Source of the DNA: Malacoraja senta
Taxonomy: Eukaryota
NCBI GenBank assembly: GCA_038087875.1
Contig: CM075989.1
Coordinates: 16,184,001 to 16,244,000 of the forward strand
DNA: 60,000 nucleotides
Direction: 5' to 3'
Below are positions 26,187 through 38,316 of the stretch, one piece after another (the stretch's first letter is position 1; each line of letters starts with the position of its first letter). Below the pieces are notes generated by a model, which saw only the letters and a list, made by a program, of their open reading frames with translations, was not told where the DNA came from and ran no database searches. Both the position numbers and the translations under genes were made by a program.

Positions 26187-27359
26187 AACATAGCATAATT
26201 GTTTTGTTTTGAACATTCAATAAATTGGAGATGGATCCAATTTACAAAATTAAACAAACATATCGAAAGAATTGTTCATTAACAGTCCTTGTGTGTACTA
26301 ATATTACGCATTGATTAATATTTCCCTTACAAGTTGAACGTTTTTAATAACTTTGAAAGACCACAAAATAAATGTAAAAGGTTGCAAAAAGGTAGATTAG
26401 TAGATCAGGAACACACACTTACCTTGTGAACAGTCTGTTCAGGAGACCTGATAACAGCAGGGAATAAGCTGCTCCTGAATCTGGTTGTAAGTGGTTTCAA
26501 GTTTTTGTATTTTCTGCCCAACAGGAGAAGGGAGAATGATCGTTGTGCAAGTGAAGCTTGATTAGGTTGACTGTTTTGGCAAGCCAGCGTGAAGTGAAAA
26601 TTGAGTTGATGTGGGAGGGAAGGAGGGAGGGGAGGCTGGTTTGTGTGATGGACCAGTCTGTATCCACAACGCTCTGGAATTTTCTGTTGCCTTCTTCATC
26701 TTGAGTCAACAACGTTGGAATATCCCCCAAACACTTCACAACTAATGGTATATTTTTGAAGTGCGGTCATTTTTGTAATATAGATTGACAGGTTCCACGA
26801 ACAACATGGAGGTTAATTCCCAGATGCGATAGTTTAATGGCGTTTGTAATTACATGTTCTTGAAAATAGTGCTGCAGAATCTTGTTCGTCCACGTGAAAG
26901 GAAACTTTAATTCAAAAGATGACACAAAGGTAATATTTTTGGTTTTATTCTCAATTCCTCTGGGTCTCTCGTATCTCACAAACGCCACTGAGCTATGATT
27001 TCAATGCAATTCGTGTGTTTTAAATAAGTTACCATGTAAAATTCTGAACGCGCCAGAATGAGCTAAACTTTGATTCCACGACTTTTTTTTAGATGTACAA
27101 CAGTTGCTGTAGATTATTGTTATTGCCGCTTTAAGAAAGCGGGCGGGTTTACCATGGCGCATGCCTACAATCGCTAATCACAATTTCCTGCCAGATAGTG
27201 TTCCTTTGTTTTCTTTTTTTTTGCATTAACGAAGAAGGCTGTAATCCTCCACATCACCAGAGCTATCAAAAAGCAGATATCTCTCCAGAGAAAAAAAAAA
27301 TATTGACACTATTGCAGGCACTTGTTTTTCCATTTAGTATGTAAAAAATGAGGTCGACA

Positions 27360-27900
27360 TCACGTTTATCGGAAGTACGCTCTAAGCACTTGCTGCATAA
27401 TATATATATTTGAAATTGTAATAATAAAACTAAAAGGCTTGTCACTTGGAGGGTGGTTTGCAGTAAATTTCAGGGCACGTTTAGGTGCCTGGAAGGCGGA
27501 GTGTGTAGCACGCATGCGTGCTCCGGGCGCCTGACGTCACGAGCTGCTGGCAGTGTCATGGCGGCTGCCTGTCAGCGGCTAGAAGCCTCTTCCATGTAAA
27601 CACCTCGACATTTCCTCCTCTCCTTTCCCTCCCTCTTCCCTCCCTTTCCCCCCACCCACACACCCCGCTTGAAGGCACATGGAAAGCAATGTCAGTGTCG
27701 AGCGGGGCGGCGTGGCCGTGGAGTTAGCCGGAGCTGGGCCGACTGTGGCGTGTGGCGATGGCAGCTTCGAGCGGCGGAAGGGATCGGACAGCCCGGGGAG
27801 CGGTGCCGTGGGCCCGAGGGCCGGGGAGGCGAATAGAGGGGCCGGGACTGCTGCAGGTGGCGATCATCCGTGTTCAAGCTCCGTGACACGCCTGCAAGAG
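27360..27900 (+). promoter_or_regulatory. MINDY2 CpG island promoter
   Basis: CpG-rich. ETS-like CGGAAGT (27370-27376), NRF1-like CGCATGCG (27511-27518) and a perfect CRE TGACGTCA (27532-27539) lie upstream of the ATG. Confidence 0.75.
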
Positions 27901-28452
27901 GGTGAAGATGCGGTGGAGGTGGATGTGGAGGACGCGCCTACTGGGGAGGAGAAAGTCAACAACGGCCCCCAACACAACTTGGTAAACAAGATGGGCGAAC
28001 TGAGTGAGGAGTCTGCGAGCGGGCTGAGGAAGGACCTTCTGCCCGGCCTTGCTCAGCAGCAAGCGGATAATATGCTGCCGGAAGAAAGTAGCCCGAGTAA
28101 AAACCACGAGAGTGACAGGAACCACAGCGCCAGCGATCAAAGCATGCCTGGCGAATCGCGAAGCATCGACTCCCTCGAGTCCTTTTCCAATTTGAACTCT
28201 TGTCCTAGCTCTGACTTGAACAGCGAGGGGACTGAAGACCGAGCCTTGGCTCTCGCTTTACAGAGTGAAGAGTATAACTGCAAGGACGGTGTTGCCAAAC
28301 CATCTGGTTCGAAAGAAAGATTCCCTGGGCAGTCAGTTTATCACATTAAGTGGATCAAATGGAAAGCGGAGAACACACCTATTATTACGCAGAATGAAAA
28401 TGGTCCCTGTCCTCTGCTTGCAATCATGAACGTTCTTCTTTTGGCATGGAAG
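27679..28452 (+). CDS. MINDY2: MINDY2 (FAM63B) deubiquitinase exon 1
   Basis: 258-codon exon with a disordered N-terminus, SIDSLESFSNLNSCPSS, and the MINDY catalytic Cys motif YHIKWIKWKAENTPIITQNENGPCPLLAIMNVLLLAWK. Donor AAG|gtataa. Sits head-to-head with ADAM10 as in other vertebrates. Confidence 0.95.
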
Positions 28453-28876
28453 GTATAATTTAAAATAGTAAAAATCTCTTAATAATATAGTGATGCCTGA
28501 TTAGCTGACAGCATCGTGTGCTCATTGACAGAGGAGCCTAGGTTTGTCTATACCTCAAATTAGAAATTGAGATCTTCATATTCAAAGATCTACACGTCCT
28601 TGTTGTTAGTATCTATGTATTTTCCTCCAGGCTACAATGCTTTGATATGCTTAATTTTGGAGCTTGGCCAAGAAGGCATGCTTGACAGTGGTGGGTACAA
28701 GAAAGTAGGGGAATCTATAATATTAATGAGTTGAAGTAACTCTTAAACTTCTGTGCTTTTTCTTTTAAGATGCTCTTTATGTTGTCACTATGTAGCAGCT
28801 TTCGTATGTGTTACTTTCGTAAGCGCTATAGTTTCTACCTTTTTATCTGATTTAAGAATATCCATTTTTATTATAG

Positions 28877-28934
28877 ATTAAACTACCACCCATGGTTGAA
28901 ATTATAACAGCAGAGCAGTTAATGGAGTACTTGG
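28877..28934 (+). CDS. MINDY2: MINDY2 exon 2 (IKLPPMVEIITAEQLMEYL+G)
   Basis: Acceptor ttattatag, donor G|gtaaga, 58 nt, continuing the MINDY domain in frame. Confidence 0.95.
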
Positions 28935-31059
28935 GTAAGATGGCTTTTATTTTTGGCTGATCCTGAAGAGAATTTTTACTCATCTGAAATGTTGCTTCAT
29001 CATATTGTTCTTAATGTAAAGCTACTACTAATTGTTTATTGTAATCCTTTTAGTTTTGGGCTTTGTTAATTGAAAGACTGAAAATAAAATCGTCAGCATT
29101 GAGTGTTTTTGAAATATTTTATTACAAAGTTATGAGTTGCTTCTGTTGAACTATGAACACACTCTTTTGAAAAATATACCTTCTGCGGAACTTTCTCATA
29201 TTAGTACCTTTGACTTCAGATACTTCAGCTACTTTCATTGACTTAGAATCAACAGTGGGACTGCTGACTGTACCTGAATGACACTGTCCATACCTAGATA
29301 CATTAGCGTCTGTACAGTAGCTGAGTTTAAGGTGACATGTTACAGATTCTACTTGGGCTGTACCAGTGCAATCAATGCCATTTCCAACAGGAGATAATCT
29401 AACCTACTCTTTGTTACTCAGTGGCAATACCATAATCGAGGCTTCCTACACTGACAACTTGGGTGTCATTGTTAACTAGACTTATTTGCAACAACCACAT
29501 ACAGAGAGTGGATATTTAGGTGGTGAGTGATTCATCTACATTTTGCTGCTACCTACAATGCATAAATCTGGAGTGCAATCGAATATTCACATAGAATAAC
29601 AGCATTCTGTCCAATACTGCGTAATAAAAAGCTGTCCACTTGCTTCAGTACTTGGGTTGTGTCTGCGCACTGTAGTAACTGTAGTATTCACACAAATAGT
29701 TGGAGCTATTAGGAAAAGTCACAAAATCTGTTTTATTTTAAAAAGTCAGTGGAATCGTTGGCTTTATCAATGATAACTGGGGACGAGGAGCTACCATTAT
29801 CAGAGAGAAACAAAGAAAAGTGATTGTTCTCATTAATGCAGAGGAGGTTTGGAGTGTTTTAAGTGTGATTTAGTGACAATAAAAACGTCAAAATTCCTTC
29901 CAGACAGGAAATGGCAAGACACCAATTTAGGGTAATTGGCAAAAGAACCAGAGGGCAGAAGAAAGATCTTTTTCATGAAGTAAATGACGATCTGTAATGT
30001 AATGCCCGAAAGCATAAAGCGAATTATGCTTCAGTCTGAAGAAGGGTCTCGACCCGAAATGTCGGCTATTCCTTCTCTCCATAGATGCTGCCTCACCCGC
30101 TGAGTTTCTCCAGCATTTTTGTCCACAAGCGAATTAGATATATCAGCCCTTGAGTGAAAACTGTTGGAACACAACTTTGATATGTAGCAGTGTTAATGTC
30201 TTGGAGATGGTATTTGTAGAGCTTTGAAGGTCTATTTGAACTATTTGTTGGTAATCTAGATTTTAGATTTATGTGGAGAATAGTAAATCCACATCTATTT
30301 GATAAGATTGTAAAGCACAAATGTCAATAGACGATCTTTGCATTGAGTAATTAGACGAAAGTAGTCGGAGCTAGACTTCTAATCAATGTTAAGATATTCA
30401 GTTGTAACACAAAAGATAGCTTCAATTAAATAGTTCTCTATAAATAGTATGCATGGAAGAAAATGTCCATCTGGAATTGAAAACTAGTTTTTTTTGCTGT
30501 TTTAAAATATGGAGCGTAGAACAAGTTGTGGTTTAGTCACTACATTGCAAGGAGTGAAGATAATGATTATTGACATAATCTAAAGGAAGCTGAAAAATGT
30601 GGAATGTAATGATGAACAAAACAAGGGAGATGTAGGTGTGTGGATGAGATTTTTGATAAGATGCACGAAAATGCACCTCCTGACAAAGAGCTATCAACCA
30701 CAAAACCAAATGACTTACAGGAATGTAAATAGTCAGAAACTTAGTAGAGTATCGTGCAGTTATAGATTATATGAAAGTACAAGGTGTCAAATCCTGGTAG
30801 TGACTTTGGATTCTTCAGTGCTTTGATAGTAATTATTTTTGGAGTTGGTTTATTATTGTTACATGGTTACATGTACCACAATGCAGTGCAAATCATACCA
30901 TACATGAGTACTTTGGGTAGTGCAAAGGAGCAAAAACAGATTGGAGAATTTAACTACAGAGAAAGTACAGGTTTTCTTTAAGTGCAAGGGCAACACTTGG
31001 AATTAGATTGGAAGATCAGGAATTCATCCTATGTGGAAGCTGATAAGAGGGTGGAAGAT

Positions 31060-31410
31060 GCTGTTCTTGACTCTAGTTTTAGGCTTTTGTATCTTCTGCC
31101 CGATGGGAGAAGGGAGAAGAGGGAATGAGTATGAATGATCCTTGATTATGCTGGCTACATTCTTGAGGCAGCGTGAGTGCAGATGGAGTAAATGTGGTTG
31201 GTGGATGCTGATTATCATGATGGATGAGGCTGCACCACGACTGTGCAATTTCTTGCGGTGGTAGGTAGAGCAGTTGCCATACCAAGCTGTGATGCATCCA
31301 ATAGTACACTTTCTATAAAGCATCTATAGAAATTGCTAGGTGTTGTTGGAGACATGCCAAATTTTGTTAGGCTTCAGAGAAAGTAGAGCTTGGTGTGCTT
31401 TCTTGGCCAG
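31060..31410 (-). mobile_element. Older Rex1/Babar fragment
   Basis: LYRKCTIGCITAWYGNC...RCLKNVASIIKD on the minus strand. Confidence 0.7.
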
Positions 31411-31929
31411 AGCAGCAATTCTTTAGTCAGAGGGTGGTGAATCTGACAAATTCATTGCCATGGAAGACTGTGGAGGCCATCAATGGATATTTTTAAGGTG
31501 GAGATTGATAGATTCTTGTGTAGTATGGGTATTGGGGGTTAGGGGGAGAAGGCAGGAGAATGGGGTTGAGAGGGTAAGATCAGCCATGATTGAATGGTGG
31601 AGTAGACTTGATGAGCTGGTTGGCCTAATTCAGCTCCTACAATTTTTGAACTTTTGTGGTTGGTCCCAGTACAAATTGTTGGTGGCGTTACAACTATGGT
31701 CAAAAGGTTTGGCAGGGAGTGCAGGATCTAACTTGAAATGAACATTATCAAAGCTCTCCCGATAAGACCAGAACTTTAAATTCCCCACACTTTGAATTAA
31801 GACAATTTGTTTATTTCTCTAGAATTATGTAATGTGCATGAAGACATAATTTGTCCATTGTAATATAAGACATGAAGCGATAAACTGCAGATTACTTCAA
31901 CTTTACACGCTGGTCAGGAGCTGATAAAG

Positions 31930-32400
31930 ATTGCAGCGAATTGTGGATGCAGCCGAGAACATCACACAAACCAACCTCCCTTCTATTGACTCCATTTATA
32001 CCTTACGCTGCCTTGGCAAGGCCAGCAGTATAATCAAGGTTGAGTCGCACCCTGACCACTTCTCCCCTCTTCCATCAGGCAAAAGGTGTAAATGTGTGAA
32101 AACGCACACCTCCAAATTCAGGGACAGTTTCTTCTCAGCTGTTATCAGGTAACTGAATCATCCTAAGACAACCAGAGAGCAGTGCTGAACTACTATCTAC
32201 CTCATTGGTGACCCTCGGACTATCCTTGATCGGACTTTGCTGGCTTTATCTTGCACTAAATGTTATTCCCTTATCATGTATCTATACTCTGTAAATGGCT
32301 TGATTGTAATCATGTATTGTCTTTCTGCTGACTAGATAGCACGCGACAAAAGCTTTTCACTCTACCTCGGTACACGTGACAATAAACTGAACTGAACTGA
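31930..32400 (+). mobile_element. Rex1/Babar LINE 3' fragment
   Basis: LQRIVDAAENITQTNLPSIDSIY...FSPLPSGKR, ending in ACAATAAA followed by (CTGAA)n. Confidence 0.8.
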
Positions 32401-35400
32401 TTTCCACAGTCTATTGCCGCTATCAATTGTCTTCTGAATTAAAATCTTGTTTATTTTACAATGAATTTTTCAAAATGTTGAATATTTCTTAAACATGAAA
32501 AGCAAAATAACAGTTATTTCTTGCCTTAATTTAACAAAACTGCGCAGAAATTTTGAAGATTTTCTTAAGGCTTTTAAACGTTTTCACAGTGCTTTTCTCT
32601 TTGCTGGAGTTACCCAGTGGGTCAGTAGCACTCCAGTCTATGGACACCCACTATAATCTAAGGACACCCACTCCAATCTCACTCCCTCTGAAACTCCCAG
32701 GTGGGACCATTAACTGTATTCAACACATCCAACCCCCACAGCCACTGACTTTGCAGGCCCTTGCCTGTTGCCCACAGGTCAGAGCCACTGACCCCTTCCC
32801 CCCTTCCGGCGACAGCAGCCTGTGATTGTTGACCCACATCCAGGCCAGGATCCTCCATGCTTCTGGCTCCAACTGCATCACATTAACTGACTCTCCTGGG
32901 TCCTACTTCACTCCCCTTGCAACCAGGGACCTCAATTCTGACCACTAGGTTCTGCTGCCCTTCAACCAATGTCAATTATGCCACCTCTCCTAACCTCACC
33001 CTTCACACACCCATCCCCTCTAAACCGCCATCCTCCTTCCATGGTACCTCCCCGGACCCGCACCCCATTGCCCTCCTCATTTTTATTCCACATTCCAGTA
33101 TCTATTTTGACTTGTATTGGCATCTTCATTGGATGCTTGTATTGGCATGTGGTGCACATCCTTTTTCTGGGAGAGGCACTTGTAAGAAGAAACATCATAC
33201 AATTTAACTATACATCTCCAGATGCAAATATTATTAGTAATTTTCAAAGACAAAAAAAGACCAGACAAGGAACTGCAGATGCTGGTTTACAAAGTCTAGA
33301 CTTGGTCTACAAAAGAGACCAGTCTAGACTTGTGCCCAGTGTCAGTTGGAGTGTGAGGACAACACTTGCAAGCTGGACGTTCTGCATTATGAACCAATGG
33401 CCTCCATAATAAGCCTGATCAATGATTTTATCCAGGAGCCTTAAGCCTGTTTACTGACGGAAATGAATATTTATTTGTGGATACGTAATGGAGTAGGTGC
33501 ATTGCCACTGCTCTTCTGCTTCTCGGCTGTAAGCTTGCTCAGCTGGGATGTACTGTTTCCTGTGAGAAATGACATTAGTCTGTCTCATTTCAAATGTACA
33601 AATTAACAAATTAAGCTGTCTGTGTTGCTGCAAAGTGGAATTTTAATGTAACTTATGAACTCTTGCCACATTTTGTTTCTGCAGGATGAAGGCATGTAGG
33701 TAATGATGTGAAGATATGCTTGCAGTGTTTTTATTTTTAGTTCAATCTATAAATGTTTTATTCCAGCCTAAATAGATGTCATATATTCCAGCACTACCAT
33801 TCACTTTGAAGCAGAAAACATTGTTGTTAAAATGACAAAGAAGTGACAAGCCCACTAACCTTCATTTACATGAGATGACATGATTATTAATTCAGTGTTA
33901 CCAATTGAATGCTTATTCATGGTCAAAATCCATATAACAGGATGCGAAGTGTATATGTGGGTTTTATTTGATGCAAATTTGCAGCAAGTTGATTAAGGTG
34001 TAAGTAATTCATGATAAAATATCAAATGTTTTAGTAATATATTTTTATAGTGCAGGAGAGGTTCATAGCAATTGAGGTACAGCACCAAAATGGCCTCTTT
34101 GATCAGTCTGAAGAAGTGTCCTAACCTGAAACGTCACCTATTCGTGTTCTCCAAAGATGCTGCGTGTCCGCTGAGTTACTTCAGCACTTTGTGTCTTTTT
34201 TGCATTAAGCCAGCATCTGCAGTTAATTGTATCTCATCTTCTATATATGGTGGTTATCTGTAAAAAGTTAATTCCTGTGTTATAGACTGCTCAACTTATG
34301 ATGACCCCAAATTACAAACAAGCTCCCATAATGTTATTAAATTCAAAAGTCTGACTTATGTACATTCACTCCAAAGGATGGCAGAATTATTTTCCTCTCT
34401 TTCTCCACCTTTAGTAATCATTCTTCCTTATCTGTCTTATGTGCTTTTGATGTTATTGGTTTTAATATAGTTACCATATCAAGTGACGTATGAATATTTT
34501 CCAACATACGGACAAAATTTACTTTAAAAACAGAACCCTTTCATTAACTGGGGATGCTCTATATTTTATGGTTAGGGATTAACAATTTTTTTAAATGTAC
34601 GTCAGAATTCTCAGATGAAAACCAGCAATTTCCATGATATACTCCTGTAAATCATCCAATATTTATTGTAATATATAGCATCAAGCCCCCATGTACAAAT
34701 AACCTGCTGAAGAACACAATAAATTAAATGGCTGTTAAAAAATTAGGCTTTTAAATGTTGTCATCTCTCTCTCTTCAGTTTAGTATTTTATAGCCATAAA
34801 GGTGCAATTTCATTTTATTTAGTGTCACTACCTCAAATCAACAAACACTCTCCAATTAAGTAAACTTAAATCTGACAAACAGAGAATCTGTTTCAAGTTG
34901 CATGAGGCAGGTATTATTAAATCTTGGGAACACTCCACAAATTGCACTGCAGGGATTGTTTCAAATACCCTGTTCATTGTTTAATCACAGTTTCCAATTA
35001 CCAATCTAGGCCTGCAGGTTGTTTTGTCCATCAAATAGCAACAAATTGAAAGTAAATTGAATTCCTCAACATATACATTTTGCACTTTCAATGGAACAAT
35101 GTTACTTATCATCCACGTCAAATTATAATATTTTGATGTTATCAGCCGAGTAAGTGAATCAAATAGATTTCACTCACCCTATTGTCTAACACCTCCATCA
35201 CATGTCAGCAGTTTCACGAAGGGTCCTTTTGGTTCATTCTCTGCCTTCAATTAATTAATGATCCATGCACGCATGAATACCGATGGTAAAATTCTGAACC
35301 TTGAATTATAAGCTAGATGAGTTGTTGGTAAGTCTGGTTAGACGATCAACTTGTTAGAATACCACAGTATATAAATGATATTATTTGTATTCCCAAATAG

Positions 35401-35898
35401 TTCAGTTCGTCATTCACTGATTCTCCCTTTTTAGTTATTAGTACAGTTTAAACAAGTTGACTATTAGAGTTGTTCAGGTTTCTTTTTGCTTGCATTTAGC
35501 TTAGCGCTGTAGTGAAATATTGCAATTTTATTGTTCTGTTCAAGGAAGATATAAAATAAACTTTGCAATAAGCTAACAATTTACATTGGTCATGTTTCTT
35601 CATAGACTAAGATACTTTTGACGGAGACTAATTCTGAAAACTATTAAATTGCTACGGTGATATTGGTACACAATGTGATGATTTTGTGTGTTGCTCCAGC
35701 CTTTTTACTTATGGCACTATTCATTTCATGATCAATCTGGTTTATTATTGATGTTGGTGTAAATTATTGAAAAAATTGTTTAATTCAATAATTATAAGTG
35801 GGAATGTTTAAGTGTATGGAACCTAATTTAACTAAAAATTGAAGTGGTTATTAATGAGCATTGACGATCCTGAGAATATTTTTTTACTTAATTCACAG

Positions 35899-35963
35899 GT
35901 GATTATATTCTTGATGCAAAACCAAAAGAAATCACAGATGCTCAGAGGCTGAACTATGAGCAG
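35899..35963 (+). CDS. MINDY2: MINDY2 exon 3 (GDYILDAKPKEITDAQRLNYEQ)
   Basis: Acceptor attcacag, donor CAG|gtacta, 65 nt, phase 1 to phase 0, matching the MINDY2 sequence. Confidence 0.95.
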
Positions 35964-37246
35964 GTACTAATCTGTTAACTATATGTGTTTTGTGGATGGA
36001 GCCCTAAAGGAAAAGGACAGCAAGTAATGTTAATGCACATAATTCTGTAATATTTTTCGTGCATTTCAAAAATGCCCCAAAAGGAACAAGATTCATAAAG
36101 CTTTTATTCACCAAATTGTTTGGCCAATTTTGATATGATTTCACAGAAATCATAGCCAACATATTAGTTTTGATTTGGACATATTGAGTTAAAAATATGT
36201 GAAATCAATTGGTGCACTTGTGGAATTGTGTGGTAGGATGGGCTTGTAATAAAGGTTTTAAATGCCAAACCCCAGGGGAATGAACTGAATGTGGAGAATA
36301 GAGCAAAATGATTCTTGAAAAGACTGCTGTGATTGGTGGAGAGAAAGGCTGAGTTTATTATATTTTGTGGCTTTGCCCCACCCTGCTTTAAAAACATTTA
36401 AAATATATTTTCAGAATGGCGGGGAATCAGTTTTTTGCGAAAACTACCATGTTTCCCTCTTGGATTTGATGTAAACTTTTCTGCATGTAAATGTACTAAC
36501 TGCTCCAGAATCAGGTGTGTCATACAGCTTTCCCAGTTTTCCTTCAAGTATGGGCTAGATTTATTGTAGTTTATCTTGGAAGTGGAAAAGGAAGTGAATT
36601 GGCTTGGAGCAATCTGCTTGGATGAGTACTTCAGCAGATTTTTTTTAGTCAAATATGTGGAGTATTACTTTCAGAACAACTTGTTTAGTGCATTCAGTTC
36701 ACAATAAATATACATAAAATTGTTTAAAGCACCTATAAATAGAAGGAAACAATTAGTTTTTGTCATGCTCTGTTTCTAAAATATAATTTGAAACAGATCA
36801 GGCAACTCCATTAGTTGCTGTTTTCACTTGGAGCTTTTGCAGATTTTTGTAAGGGCACCAAAATGTCTGCAGCCTAAGCAATTTTGGATTTTCATTGCCG
36901 ATTAAACTGAAAACATGAAACCCTTTAGATGTAAACTGAAAAAACGATCTAATAAACAGAAGAGGTAGTAAATGTTCAGAACACAAGAACTTAAGTAGGT
37001 TAGTTGAGCCTGCTGTACCATTCATCGATATTGTGGCTGCCTTCTTCCTCAATGCCATCAACACTACATGAATAAGTACTAAGTCTCTATCCTGTCACTG
37101 CTTTTGTACAGAATGACTGAACTGAACGTCCACAACTATGGGGCTAGCAAATTCCAGATTGGCCACCCTTTGTGTGAATAAATTTCTCTTCATCTCTGTC
37201 CTAAATAACCTATTCCTTATGAAACTATGCCCCCCCCCCCCCACCA

Positions 37247-37446
37247 NNNNNNNNNNNNNNNNNNNNNNNNNNNNNNNNNNNNNNNNNNNNNNNNNNNNNN
37301 NNNNNNNNNNNNNNNNNNNNNNNNNNNNNNNNNNNNNNNNNNNNNNNNNNNNNNNNNNNNNNNNNNNNNNNNNNNNNNNNNNNNNNNNNNNNNNNNNNNN
37401 NNNNNNNNNNNNNNNNNNNNNNNNNNNNNNNNNNNNNNNNNNNNNN
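37247..37446. other. Assembly gap (200 N)
   Basis: Run of N directly after a poly-C tract. Confidence 1.
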
Positions 37447-38316
37447 TTCATCCTGTGAACTGAGATGCCCTCAGATTGCGGGAGGATGGTGTAGAAAGAT
37501 GCAGTCCAAATGCAAACAAATGAGATTAGTGTAGCTGGCAAAAGGGTCCACATGGACCTGGTGAGATAAAGGGTTGATTTCTGTGCTCTTTAAGTCCATG
37601 AATAATAATAATAAAATACTTTTCAGGCATAATAGGTTTGAACAGAATTGGCATTGATTTATGAAAGGAAAATTATGTTTGGATTTCTTTGAAAATGTGA
37701 CTGGTTAACAATTAAAGGAGAAGCATTGAATAAAAGGAGAATTAAAGGAGATTTCTTGATATTCAGAAGGCTTGCATAAGGTCCCATAGAGGAGATCAGT
37801 CAACAAGGTTAGATTAAAATTGGGAGTTGCCAATTGTAACTGAGCAGCGATCAATGCCTGTGCCCCAGCTTTTCATGACCTATATAAACTGGTGATTTGG
37901 CTGAGGTGAAGAAACGTAATATTTCCAATTTGGTTATTATACCAACTCAAGGGGATTGTGAGCAGCAAAGTGGATGTGAATTGGCTTCAAAGGGTGGGCA
38001 AGAAACATGGTGGATGCTATATATTAATGGAAAATATATTCCACTTTGGTATGAAATGGTGACAAGTTGAATAACTTTGAGGTTCAAAGAGCTCTATGTG
38101 TCCTTCTACACAACTCATTGAAAGTCAACATATGTGCTATTGATGATGATCTTAGTAGATTGATGTGAACACAAATCTTCACAATGGAAAAGGAGCGAGC
38201 TGATAGAAAATGTTTCTGAATATATATTTCGATTCCCAATGAAAGACTGATGCCTTATTGTCGCTTTTGATAGTTGGTAATGATATATCTGATAGAAAGA
38301 ATAATTTCTTAAATAT

